From positions 22,237 through 86,236 of the forward strand of contig JBLHMK010000001.1 in assembly GCA_047621945.1 (NCBI GenBank): a stretch of 64,000 nt of DNA, written 5' to 3'. The notes beneath the pieces are model-generated. The model searched no databases. It was not told the origin of the DNA and saw nothing but the letters and a program-made list of their open reading frames with translations. Within the stretch, counting starts at the first letter, position 1. Every line of letters starts with the position of its first letter. Of the stretch, positions 37,855 through 46,247 are shown piece by piece. Both the position numbers and the translations under genes were made by a program. This DNA is from Flavobacteriaceae bacterium (GTDB taxonomy: Bacteria; Bacteroidota; Bacteroidia; Chitinophagales; UBA8649).

Positions 37855-39138
37855 ATGAGTATTAGCTTAATAATTATATTATCATTGGCCGCAGGCTTAG
37901 TGCTGGGCTTTGGGTTTATGTATCTAAAGTCAAAGGCTGATGTTGGAAAAATTCTTGGAAAAGTAGAGTTGTTAGAAGCTGACAATGCAAGCTTGAAAAG
38001 TAGTCTAGTAGGGTGGCAAGCTAAAAGTAATGAACTTAATAATTTGCTAGCTGGTGCAGAAAAAGACATTGAACATTTACATGAAAAACTAAGAAGTCAG
38101 GAGCAAAATCAAGAGGAGTCCCAAGAGAAAATGATCTTGCAATTTGAAAGTATGGCGAGTAAAATTCTAACTGAGAATAGTCAAAAATTTTCAGCGCAGA
38201 ATAAAGAGTCCATTACGCATATATTAAACCCATTGAAAGAAAAGATTAGTGATTTCGAAAAGAAAGTGGAATCTACAAACAAGGAGAGTATTGATATGCA
38301 TGCCTCTTTAAGACAGCAGATTTTGGGCTTACGTGAGTTGAATGAGCAGATGAGTAAGGAAGCTGTCAATTTAACTAAAGCGCTGAAGGGAGATAGCAAG
38401 AAACAAGGAAATTGGGGAGAGTTGGTCCTAGAGCGAGTGTTAGAAAAATCAGGCCTGGAAAAAGGTAGAGAATACGATGTACAGAAAAGTTTTAATCGAC
38501 CAGATGGCTCCAGAGTATTGCCTGACGTAATCATCCATTTACCGGATGGCAAGAAGATGATAGTCGATAGTAAGGTTAGTTTGACGGCTTATGAGCAATT
38601 TGTAAACAGTGATGATGAGTTAGAGCAAAACCGATTCTTAAAAGCACATATTGATTCTATTAAGAAGCATATAGATGGCTTGGGCAATCAGAACTATCAT
38701 GACTTATACCAAATTGAGAGTCCAAATTTTGTATTAATGTTTATCCCAATCGAGCCAGCTTTTGCTATTGCTATTAATCACGATGATAAGTTATACAACA
38801 AAGCATTCGATAAGAACATTGTAATTGTTACACCGAGTACCTTGCTAGCTACCTTAAGAACTATAGATACCATGTGGAGTAATGATAAGCAGCAAAGGAA
38901 TGCATTAGAGATTGCTGTGCAGGCAGGAGGGCTTTATGATAAGTTTGAGGGCTTGATGCAGGATTTGGTTAAAGTAGGTAAGAAAATACAGGAAACAGAT
39001 GGCGAATACAAAAGTGCCATGAATAAGCTTTTCGAAGGGAAAGGCAATCTCATCAACCGAGTTGAAAAATTGAAAAAGCTTGGCGCAAAGGCAAATAAAA
39101 GTCTTCCAAGTAGTATCGTTGATCGGGCGGAAGAGTAG
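37855..39138 (+). CDS. rmuC: DNA recombination protein RmuC
   Basis: 427-aa ORF. N-terminal TM helix, long coiled-coil and a C-terminal RmuC nuclease-like domain (GNWGELVLERVLE...LPDVIIHLPDGKKMIVDSKVSL). Confidence 0.9.
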   Translation: MSISLIIILSLAAGLVLGFGFMYLKSKADVGKILGKVELLEADNASLKSSLVGWQAKSNELNNLLAGAEKDIEHLHEKLRSQEQNQEESQEKMILQFESMASKILTENSQKFSAQNKESITHILNPLKEKISDFEKKVESTNKESIDMHASLRQQILGLRELNEQMSKEAVNLTKALKGDSKKQGNWGELVLERVLEKSGLEKGREYDVQKSFNRPDGSRVLPDVIIHLPDGKKMIVDSKVSLTAYEQFVNSDDELEQNRFLKAHIDSIKKHIDGLGNQNYHDLYQIESPNFVLMFIPIEPAFAIAINHDDKLYNKAFDKNIVIVTPSTLLATLRTIDTMWSNDKQQRNALEIAVQAGGLYDKFEGLMQDLVKVGKKIQETDGEYKSAMNKLFEGKGNLINRVEKLKKLGAKANKSLPSSIVDRAEE

Positions 39139-39158
39139 TCTCAAGAATTAATATGCTT

Positions 39159-39178
39159 TATCCGTTTATAAACGGATA
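39159..39178 (+). other. 20-nt perfect palindrome downstream of rmuC
   Basis: tatccgtttataaacggata, 20 nt after the rmuC stop. No T-tract follows, so the terminator assignment is uncertain. Confidence 0.3.
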
Positions 39179-39261
39179 CTAACGTATAATATACGAATAG
39201 TAGGAAGAAAGGATTATATATTTACATTACAATTAAATATTATATAACCTAAATTTTTATT

Positions 39262-39603
39262 ATGACTACTTTAAAAAATCATGTACAACTTATCGGTAGA
39301 ATAGGATCCGACACAGAATTAAAAACTTTGGAAAGTGGAAAGTCTTTGCTGAACATTTCTATAGCTACAAACGACTACTACAAGGATAAAGAAGGGAATA
39401 AACAGGAGAAAACGGAATGGCACCGATTAGTAGCTTGGGGCAAAACAGCCGAGAATATCGATAAATTGGTAAACAAGGGTGATGAAATTGCAATCGAAGG
39501 GAAATTGACTCATAGAAGTTATGAAAAAGATGGGGAAACCCGCTATGCTTCGGAAGTCCTTGTCAATGAATTCTTATTATTGAAGAGTGTAGAACAAAAG
39601 TAA
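39262..39603 (+). CDS. ssb: Single-stranded DNA-binding protein, short form lacking the acidic C-terminal tail
   Basis: 113-aa OB-fold ORF (VQLIGRIGSDTELK...TEWHRLVAWGKTAENI...IEGKLTHRSYE). It ends LLLKSVEQK, with no Gly/Pro-rich linker and no D-D-(I/L)-P-F tip. Confidence 0.8.
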   Translation: MTTLKNHVQLIGRIGSDTELKTLESGKSLLNISIATNDYYKDKEGNKQEKTEWHRLVAWGKTAENIDKLVNKGDEIAIEGKLTHRSYEKDGETRYASEVLVNEFLLLKSVEQK

Positions 39604-39664
39604 ATTCTTGTTAGTTTCGGTGCTTTGTGGTTTGACTCCCCCTCTTTGCCTTGAGGTGCCGAAA

Positions 39665-40129
39665 CTATTTAAAGATTCCAAAGCGATTTTCTAAGGCTAT
39701 TCGGCGATACTCGAAAATCTCTGCTAATTGCTTTTTAATAATTAAGATATTTGCAATGTCGCCTAAAAATCCTAGCGGTGCTTGATAATCAATGATGTCT
39801 TCCATGAGCACACCTCCTGGAATTTCTTTGATATGATGTTGATGGTGCCACATTTTGTAGGGACCAACTCGTTGCTCATCTACGAAGAATTCGCCCATTT
39901 GTACATGAGTGATTTCTGTTACCCATGTCATTTTGATGCCGAGAAGAGGACTAACCTTATATTGGATCATCATTCCAGGATACATTTTCTCAGGAAGATC
40001 TCCTTTGATTTCAAATCCCATATATTCAGGAGTAATTTCTTTGAGGTTCTTTGGAGAGGAGATAAAATCCCAAATAGCTTCTTTTGATGCGGGTATTTTC
40101 TGAATTGTTTTTATTGTATGCACTGCCAT
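39665..40129 (-). CDS. SRPBCC (START/Bet v1-like) family protein
   Basis: 154-aa ORF. The pattern IPASKEAIWDFISSPKNLKEITP...GPYKMWHHQHHIKEI is typical of SRPBCC ligand-binding proteins. Confidence 0.7.
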   Translation of the reverse strand: MAVHTIKTIQKIPASKEAIWDFISSPKNLKEITPEYMGFEIKGDLPEKMYPGMMIQYKVSPLLGIKMTWVTEITHVQMGEFFVDEQRVGPYKMWHHQHHIKEIPGGVLMEDIIDYQAPLGFLGDIANILIIKKQLAEIFEYRRIALENRFGIFK

Positions 40130-40198
40130 GTCAATTAAACAAGCAGGTATTTAAATTGTTTAGCTCAATTGTGTTAATGGGTTCAATGGGGCATAAAC

Positions 40199-40232
40199 AA
40201 AAAAAAGACCGCGTAAACGCGGTCTTTTTTTT
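40199..40232 (-). terminator. Strong intrinsic terminator ending the 1275-aa gene
   Basis: GC-rich stem gaccgcg / cgcggtc with loop taaa, flanked by A8 and T8. It begins 16 nt after the stop at 40248. Confidence 0.8.
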
Positions 40233-40247
40233 ATCTTGAATCACTGT

Positions 40248-43200
40248 TTATTTAATGATCATTTTTATGCTTTGCTGACTGCTTTCATTTGAAATTTGCA
40301 AATGATAAATTCCAGCATTTAAATTAGGACTTACTACATTTAGCTGCTGTTGTCCAAGCGATAACTCATAATTCCATGATTGAACTACTCGTCCTAATAA
40401 GTCTATCATATTGATTTGGTATTCACCTGAAGTGCGAACATTCATTCCAATGGAAAATTCACCATTGTTTGGATTAGGATACAAACTTAATTCTCCAAGC
40501 GCTGTTAACTCACGAACTCTAGTGCTAGTTGAAGTATCTGTACAATACACAGTGAATAAAACACCATCTCCAATCACATCGCAATTACCTACAATATTAG
40601 GGAAGTTAGCAGGTGGAGGTTGTGGTAAATCAATTACAAACTCAATACTTTCCGTAGTACCTGCTGAAATACTGGCATTTACATCTGGTATATTGTATAG
40701 GATATCATTGCTGATTTGACTACAAGAATCTGTTAACACCGTTACATTCATTCCTGATAAAGCGATATCTAAAGTACCCGTTCCGGTATTTGGTAAAATC
40801 ATTTCCCATGTTCCATTTGGATTGTCATTGAAACCTAACATGGACACTAACTCTAAACAAGCAGGATCTCCTAGCTGAGAAGTTGCTAATCCCCATAGTC
40901 CTGAGTTTACTGGTGTTCCTGGAGGTACAATACCTGCAGCTAAAGTTGCAATAACATCTAAAGTGTCACCCGTAGGTAGAACCATTAATAATGGATTGAT
41001 TTCCCAGTCAGTGCCACTCAAACCAATGCAAATATTAATTTGTGGAGTACATGCTACTGAGAAAGGATCCCATGCAACGCTAGTGTCTATAGTCACTGAT
41101 TGAGCTGTAAATGGAGTAGCATAATAGTTGCCATTTGCCAAATTCAGGTCGCTACAAGCTAGATTAATAATAGTATCATTATCGCCTGGGAAAACCATAT
41201 TGGCAGCTATAGCAGCTTGCAGCTCAGCTATAGTTGTAACAGGTCCATCAGCTTCAGAAGTAACCGCCCATGCCACTGAATTACCACTCAACAAGTTAAA
41301 GTCACTCGCTGTTAAGGTAACTTGATCTCCATTTAGATTCACTACAACTCCGTTAGAGCTAGAAAAACCAGCTTCGCATTCAAGAACAATTATAGGAGGG
41401 GTGTATGAAGTAATTTCTGTTGTCTCAATGATATAAATCATTACTCCATCTACTTGTATTTCAATAGTAGTTCCTAACTCATTAATGTACACAGTTGCAA
41501 CACCATTCTCTACGATGTAGAAAGAATCTAAAGGATTAACGCTGACCGTGTTTGATCCATCAAGCACTGTAGTATCTCCGTTTGAATCAACTATTACAGT
41601 TCCAATAGCGAATGTTATCGTATCTGGAGTTAAAATTACCACATTTGTATCCGTGCAATATGCTGTGAAAGCCGTGGCCGTTCCAAAAGTTTCACAATCT
41701 ACGGCTACACTAGGGAAGTTAGATGGTAAAGGAGGAATAGTAATAGAAAACACTCCTGTATTTCCTGCATTTACAGTCCCACTTATTCCTGTGATAGAAG
41801 TAATTTGATCGCTAGTTAAATTGTTACATGAATCAGCCAAAACAAGCATATCGAAATCGGCAATGTTGAAATTTAAAGCGCCACTTCCTGTGTTTGGTAG
41901 AATAAATGTCCATGTTCCGTTGGGGTCTTCTGTATATTGAAGGATGTCGATCAAATCAATACAAACAGGATCTCCGAACTGAGAAGTAGCTACACTCCAA
42001 AGTGTAGGGTCAATAGGGGTACCTGGAGGAATCAAACCACCTGCTAACTCACCAATTACGTCTATGGTATCGCCATTTGGAAGAATTAACTCTAAAGGAC
42101 TTACTTGATAGTTAGATCCAGATAAGGATATACATACTTCCATTGAAGGTCGACAACTTGTCGCTTCATTCATATCATAATAAATGGAATCAACAACTAA
42201 AGCCTCAGCTGTAAATGGCGTCATTAAGTAGTCTCCATTTTCTAATGAAACATCGCTGCAAGCTAAGTTTAATGTGGAATCGCCATCACCTGGGAATACC
42301 CATCCGCTATCTATAGCTACTTGTAATTCTGCCATATTCGTAATTGGTCCTTGAGCGTCTGTAGAAATAGCCCATGCTATGATATTTCCTGAATTAAGAA
42401 TGAAATCCTCAGCAGTGAAATCTATTTCATCTCCTGAGAATGAGATTAAAGAACCGTTACTCATAGATGTACCTGGGATACATAAACTAAATGGAGAAGA
42501 GAGTTCTTCACAAGCTAAGTTATTAGCAAAACTAACCGTAAAAGTACCACCAGCTGAAATAGCATTTGCGCTTAAGGTATCATTAGTTTCATTGAGTATT
42601 TGGATGTTATCTGTATACCATTGGACATCATAGCTGTTTGGATTAGCCGTATAAACTTCTCCATTCATGGCTTCAATTAAAGGTGTAGTTACACTTTCAA
42701 CTGTAATTGTTGCAGTATCAGAAAAACCTGGGCAAATATTCCCTGTTTCTAGTACTTCTACTACAAAGTTCCCAATACTATTTACGGTCAATGTTTGACT
42801 ATTCGCATTAAGGATTACTCCATTATCATCGTACCATTGGTAATAATCAAACCCAGCACCTGCGTCTAGGATTGTTGAATCACCAGTACAAATAGCAAAG
42901 CCATTACTAGCTAACAAGTTGTTCGCAGCTGAAGTAGCTTGAATTCTCACAGTGTCCCAATTCTCTAAAACAGTATTTACCTGTTGTTGAATAGTGATTG
43001 TACCTGAAAAATTATTAGCGTTATATCCTAAAACAAGTCCAGGAGATAAAGCTGTAAAGCTTGTTGTTGCAGTTCCTAGATTATCATCTTGACTACCAAA
43101 TGGCGGGCCATTATCCTCGTCCCAAGCATTAATAGAAACTGAAAAAGAGGTAATCGGCACATTCAAACCATTAAAGGTTTTATTTGTTCCTGAACTAGCT

Positions 43201-44075
43201 GTTGATGTGGTAACTGAACCACTTCCTCCATTAATCAATAGATACAACTCAGGATTTTGAAGAGTTGTTAACTCTTCAATGTCTCCAGTCCATCCACCAG
43301 TAGCAGATATAGTTGCCTGCGAAACGTAATATTCATAAATTGTAGTGGTTAACTTAACGGGATAGTCTCCTGGTGCAGAATAGGTTTTTGAAGCAGGTAA
43401 GCCAGTTGCAGTGGTACCATCATGAAACAACCAAGCTTGTTGAACTGGATAAAGAATCGGATCCGGAGAAGCTAAGTCAGTATCAAAAGAAACCGTTGCT
43501 GAATTGCACGCTACTGGTGGGGTCATTTCAATAGGACCAGTTCCTGTACCTGGCAGCACTTCGATATATAAGTCAGTTGTCTGGGCATCACAAGCCGATA
43601 ATCCTGAAAGAGAACCACATCCTTGAATATTTACTACAATAGTATATATTCCAGGTGAAGCAAAAGTTTCCCCACATAAACTCACCACACCATAACGATA
43701 GTTTTGAGGGTTGTAAGTATTGTTATTTGCAAAAGCTGCAGCATCAGTAGTCCATGATAATCCAATAGGTAAACCACTAACTCCTAAAATTTGGATTGAG
43801 GTTACGGTTGCTGTCCCTGATATTGGGGAGGTAATAGCTTGTTTTTTTGGAAGTAGATACTGTACAAAAATAGTAGTATCTGAGCCCTGTACAACCACAC
43901 TCGTATCTACATCAGTCGGGTTGGCATCGTTCGTGAATCCCAATGAGAAATCATCAATTGTCCCCCATACTGCGGGGTTAGGTGTCCCTTGAAGACAAGC
44001 TTGACTAAAACCAAGTTGTGGCAATTGAGTCAAAATAAAAAGGCTTAAAAGTAGTTTTATATTTGTCATATTCAA
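40248..44075 (-). CDS. Giant T9SS-secreted surface protein (PKD-like module, two large Cys-containing repeats, type-A C-terminal sorting domain)
   Basis: 1275-aa ORF. Signal peptide (LFILTQLPQLGFSQ) and a PKD-like segment (WLFHDGTTATGLPASKTYSAPGDYPVKLTT). Two ~265-aa repeats. C-terminal LSLYPNPNNGEFSIGMNV...GIYHLQISNESSQQSIKMIIK matches the T9SS sorting domain. Confidence 0.8.
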   Translation of the reverse strand: MNMTNIKLLLSLFILTQLPQLGFSQACLQGTPNPAVWGTIDDFSLGFTNDANPTDVDTSVVVQGSDTTIFVQYLLPKKQAITSPISGTATVTSIQILGVSGLPIGLSWTTDAAAFANNNTYNPQNYRYGVVSLCGETFASPGIYTIVVNIQGCGSLSGLSACDAQTTDLYIEVLPGTGTGPIEMTPPVACNSATVSFDTDLASPDPILYPVQQAWLFHDGTTATGLPASKTYSAPGDYPVKLTTTIYEYYVSQATISATGGWTGDIEELTTLQNPELYLLINGGSGSVTTSTASSGTNKTFNGLNVPITSFSVSINAWDEDNGPPFGSQDDNLGTATTSFTALSPGLVLGYNANNFSGTITIQQQVNTVLENWDTVRIQATSAANNLLASNGFAICTGDSTILDAGAGFDYYQWYDDNGVILNANSQTLTVNSIGNFVVEVLETGNICPGFSDTATITVESVTTPLIEAMNGEVYTANPNSYDVQWYTDNIQILNETNDTLSANAISAGGTFTVSFANNLACEELSSPFSLCIPGTSMSNGSLISFSGDEIDFTAEDFILNSGNIIAWAISTDAQGPITNMAELQVAIDSGWVFPGDGDSTLNLACSDVSLENGDYLMTPFTAEALVVDSIYYDMNEATSCRPSMEVCISLSGSNYQVSPLELILPNGDTIDVIGELAGGLIPPGTPIDPTLWSVATSQFGDPVCIDLIDILQYTEDPNGTWTFILPNTGSGALNFNIADFDMLVLADSCNNLTSDQITSITGISGTVNAGNTGVFSITIPPLPSNFPSVAVDCETFGTATAFTAYCTDTNVVILTPDTITFAIGTVIVDSNGDTTVLDGSNTVSVNPLDSFYIVENGVATVYINELGTTIEIQVDGVMIYIIETTEITSYTPPIIVLECEAGFSSSNGVVVNLNGDQVTLTASDFNLLSGNSVAWAVTSEADGPVTTIAELQAAIAANMVFPGDNDTIINLACSDLNLANGNYYATPFTAQSVTIDTSVAWDPFSVACTPQINICIGLSGTDWEINPLLMVLPTGDTLDVIATLAAGIVPPGTPVNSGLWGLATSQLGDPACLELVSMLGFNDNPNGTWEMILPNTGTGTLDIALSGMNVTVLTDSCSQISNDILYNIPDVNASISAGTTESIEFVIDLPQPPPANFPNIVGNCDVIGDGVLFTVYCTDTSTSTRVRELTALGELSLYPNPNNGEFSIGMNVRTSGEYQINMIDLLGRVVQSWNYELSLGQQQLNVVSPNLNAGIYHLQISNESSQQSIKMIIK
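40530..41333 (-). repeat. Intragenic protein-level repeat, copy 2 (aa 915-1182)
   Basis: NGDQVTLTASDFNLLSGNSVAWAVTSEADGPVTTIAELQ...NLACSD...GDPACLEL...NPNGTWEMILPNTGTGTL...DSC...VYCTDTS. It is separated from copy 1 by a 103-aa spacer. Confidence 0.75.
41643..42437 (-). repeat. Intragenic protein-level repeat, copy 1 (aa 547-811 of the 1275-aa protein)
   Basis: SGDEIDFTAEDFILNSGNIIAWAISTDAQGPITNMAELQ...NLACSD...GDPVCIDL...DPNGTWTFILPNTGSGAL...DSC...AYCTDTN. It aligns colinearly with copy 2, with roughly half the positions identical by eye and conserved Cys positions. Confidence 0.75.
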
Positions 44076-44178
44076 TCTTGTTAATTAATGAGGCCGAAGG
44101 TACGGTATTACTTTATCAAGTCTAAATCAAGGTTTTAAATGGAGTACAACTAATGAGAAATAGTACTTCTTTTAGCGT

Positions 44179-46224
44179 TTAATCATTATCTAAATAGCTT
44201 CTATAGGCCTGAATAAAAGCGGCACCTAGGTTTTGATGAGGGGGCACGTATTCTGCAAATTTATCGTGGGCATAGCTATTTTTTGTAAATTGTTTGGATA
44301 GATTCAACCAGAATTCATCCCATTTAATAGGCTGACCAGCATCTACATTTTGCGCTAGTTTGTAGATAAGAGGATTGTTTACTGTGAAAGTGCCAATCTG
44401 TTTGGTAGAAATAATATGAGCACTTGGTGACTTGGTTAATATATCGGTAACTTGATGGTATCCGCCACAAGACCCTAATAACACAACCTTGGTTTCTTCT
44501 CTTAGGAAGTGAATAGTACGTGATACATAAAAGCTATGTCCTCGGTGGACTAAAACTTCTATATCAGCTTGCATAGCATCTACAAATTGGTTCATTAATT
44601 TTTGCCCCTCAAAATCATGTTGGGGTTTATTCGCTAATATCTGAATAGGTGTAGAATTGACACTGGTAATGACTATGAATTCACCGAAATCCTTGATTTT
44701 CCAATCTTTGTTTCTCCATAAACTTAAGAATGTTTGGAAAGAAGTCATTCCATCCTCATCATCATAAAAACAGTGAATTTGAGTATGTAAATTATCACGT
44801 CCAAGCAACTCGGCTCTACTAATCTCATTAATGGACGGCAGGGTGATAAGGCTTGTTATAGTCTGATAAGCTTCTTGATTGTGCACGGCTTTATCTTGGA
44901 AAAGCTTCATTAGTAAGGTGTAAATCAACCGCAAATTTGGATCTCCTGCTTCTTTATAGTTTTGCAATAAATTTTCTTCTAAACGAATTAGGGATAGGCT
45001 GTCATTTAAACTCCCTAAGGCATCTGCTAAACTTACCGCTTCCCTTAAGGCATCTTTCTCACAATCTAAATAGGCAAATTTACTAATGAGCTCTTCTCTT
45101 TGTTCAATGGACATTTGATCGAGAAAATATTCTAGCTTCCCGTATGAAATACACATTTTTAGAAAGGTTCGAAATTGATTGAAATTCACTTCTTCAAGTA
45201 GACCATAGTTGGTCTTTCCTTCCTGTTTGATTTTAGCAAGTAATAAATTAAAAACGCCATTAAAAGATGAGGTAAATATTTCTTCTTCGCTATATACAAT
45301 GATATGATAAATTTGTTGACTGGAATAAGGGGCAAGCGATTCAAAACGATGTTTATCGTCATGATTTTCGTACAAAGAATTAATGAGTCTTATCTTTTTA
45401 ATAGCGCTTGTCTTAAGGGCGTTGTCAATCGAATTCCTTGCTAGTATAGAATCGCTTGAGGCTAATTCCACTAACTTTGTGAAGAATTGTTCACTCCCTA
45501 ATTTTGCAATGTTATTTGCTTCCTCAATAGTTAATTCCTCATTCACAATAGCTTGTAATAAGCACAGTGCATTGCTTGAGCTTCCCGTGTGCTGATAAAT
45601 AGCTAGGACTAGACTATCTGTTTTATTTGAAGAGCTTTTCAAATGGGAATAAAGCACGTGTAAACCTGAAAAGTATTGTTTAGCGGCAATGGGGTCTTTT
45701 TCAATAAGTTTGCTTAAGATAGCTGGGGCATAGGATGCTAAAGAGAATGTTTTATAATTATTCAATACAACGTGCGGCTTGAGAATAGCCTCATTTTCGA
45801 CAAATTCTAGCGCTTCTGGCGTCGCGTAAATAAAAGGAAGAATCGTATAGCTTAAGATGGGATTAGATCTAAAAAATACATTAGTGCGTTTATCTTCTAG
45901 TTGCTGTAAATACTTCTCAAGAATATAGAAGCTCTTTATCTCTCTAGCATCTAGCGAGGAATGTTCATTGAAGTTGACTAGGTGAAAGTATATGGACAGG
46001 CGTATCTTTTCTTTCGTTTGACTTTCCAAATTTAACTGAGCCAAAAGTAGTTGTAATTTATCTACCTGCTCAAAAAGAACTGAGGCAGACTCTTCTCCGT
46101 TAAATTGCCAATTTTCAATACCATCGAGTTGGTCAATTCTATTCTGCTGAAAGTCTATATAGCTTTGAGTGAATGCGGAATGAAAACCGAGAAGGAGAAA
46201 AATATGGACTAAAAAACACTTCAT
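44179..46224 (-). CDS. Secreted/periplasmic protein of unknown function (C-terminal His/Cys motif region)
   Basis: 681-aa ORF. Signal peptide MKCFLVHIFLLLGFHSAFTQ. No family recognised. C-terminal motifs VLVHRGHSFY and VVLLGSCGGYHQV. Confidence 0.6.
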   Translation of the reverse strand: MKCFLVHIFLLLGFHSAFTQSYIDFQQNRIDQLDGIENWQFNGEESASVLFEQVDKLQLLLAQLNLESQTKEKIRLSIYFHLVNFNEHSSLDAREIKSFYILEKYLQQLEDKRTNVFFRSNPILSYTILPFIYATPEALEFVENEAILKPHVVLNNYKTFSLASYAPAILSKLIEKDPIAAKQYFSGLHVLYSHLKSSSNKTDSLVLAIYQHTGSSSNALCLLQAIVNEELTIEEANNIAKLGSEQFFTKLVELASSDSILARNSIDNALKTSAIKKIRLINSLYENHDDKHRFESLAPYSSQQIYHIIVYSEEEIFTSSFNGVFNLLLAKIKQEGKTNYGLLEEVNFNQFRTFLKMCISYGKLEYFLDQMSIEQREELISKFAYLDCEKDALREAVSLADALGSLNDSLSLIRLEENLLQNYKEAGDPNLRLIYTLLMKLFQDKAVHNQEAYQTITSLITLPSINEISRAELLGRDNLHTQIHCFYDDEDGMTSFQTFLSLWRNKDWKIKDFGEFIVITSVNSTPIQILANKPQHDFEGQKLMNQFVDAMQADIEVLVHRGHSFYVSRTIHFLREETKVVLLGSCGGYHQVTDILTKSPSAHIISTKQIGTFTVNNPLIYKLAQNVDAGQPIKWDEFWLNLSKQFTKNSYAHDKFAEYVPPHQNLGAAFIQAYRSYLDND

Positions 46225-46247
46225 ATTAGTGTCGTAAAGATAGTTAT

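Noticed and set aside
40411-43992. Plus-strand ORFs 40411..40719, 41128..41325, 41548..41808, 42379..42633 and 43720..43992.
   Set aside because: They are antisense shadows inside the 1275-aa minus-strand gene. They are low-complexity S/T/V/A-rich translations mirroring its Thr/Ser/Gly-rich codons, and have no start context or motifs.
44076-44178. Possible terminator or promoter between the 681-aa gene and the 1275-aa gene, which would split the proposed operon.
   Set aside because: Only weak 5-6-bp stems are present (e.g. gaagtac/gtactcc with a 15-nt loop), with no T-tract and no exact TAnnTTTG box. I therefore could not support a boundary, but an internal promoter cannot be excluded without transcript data.
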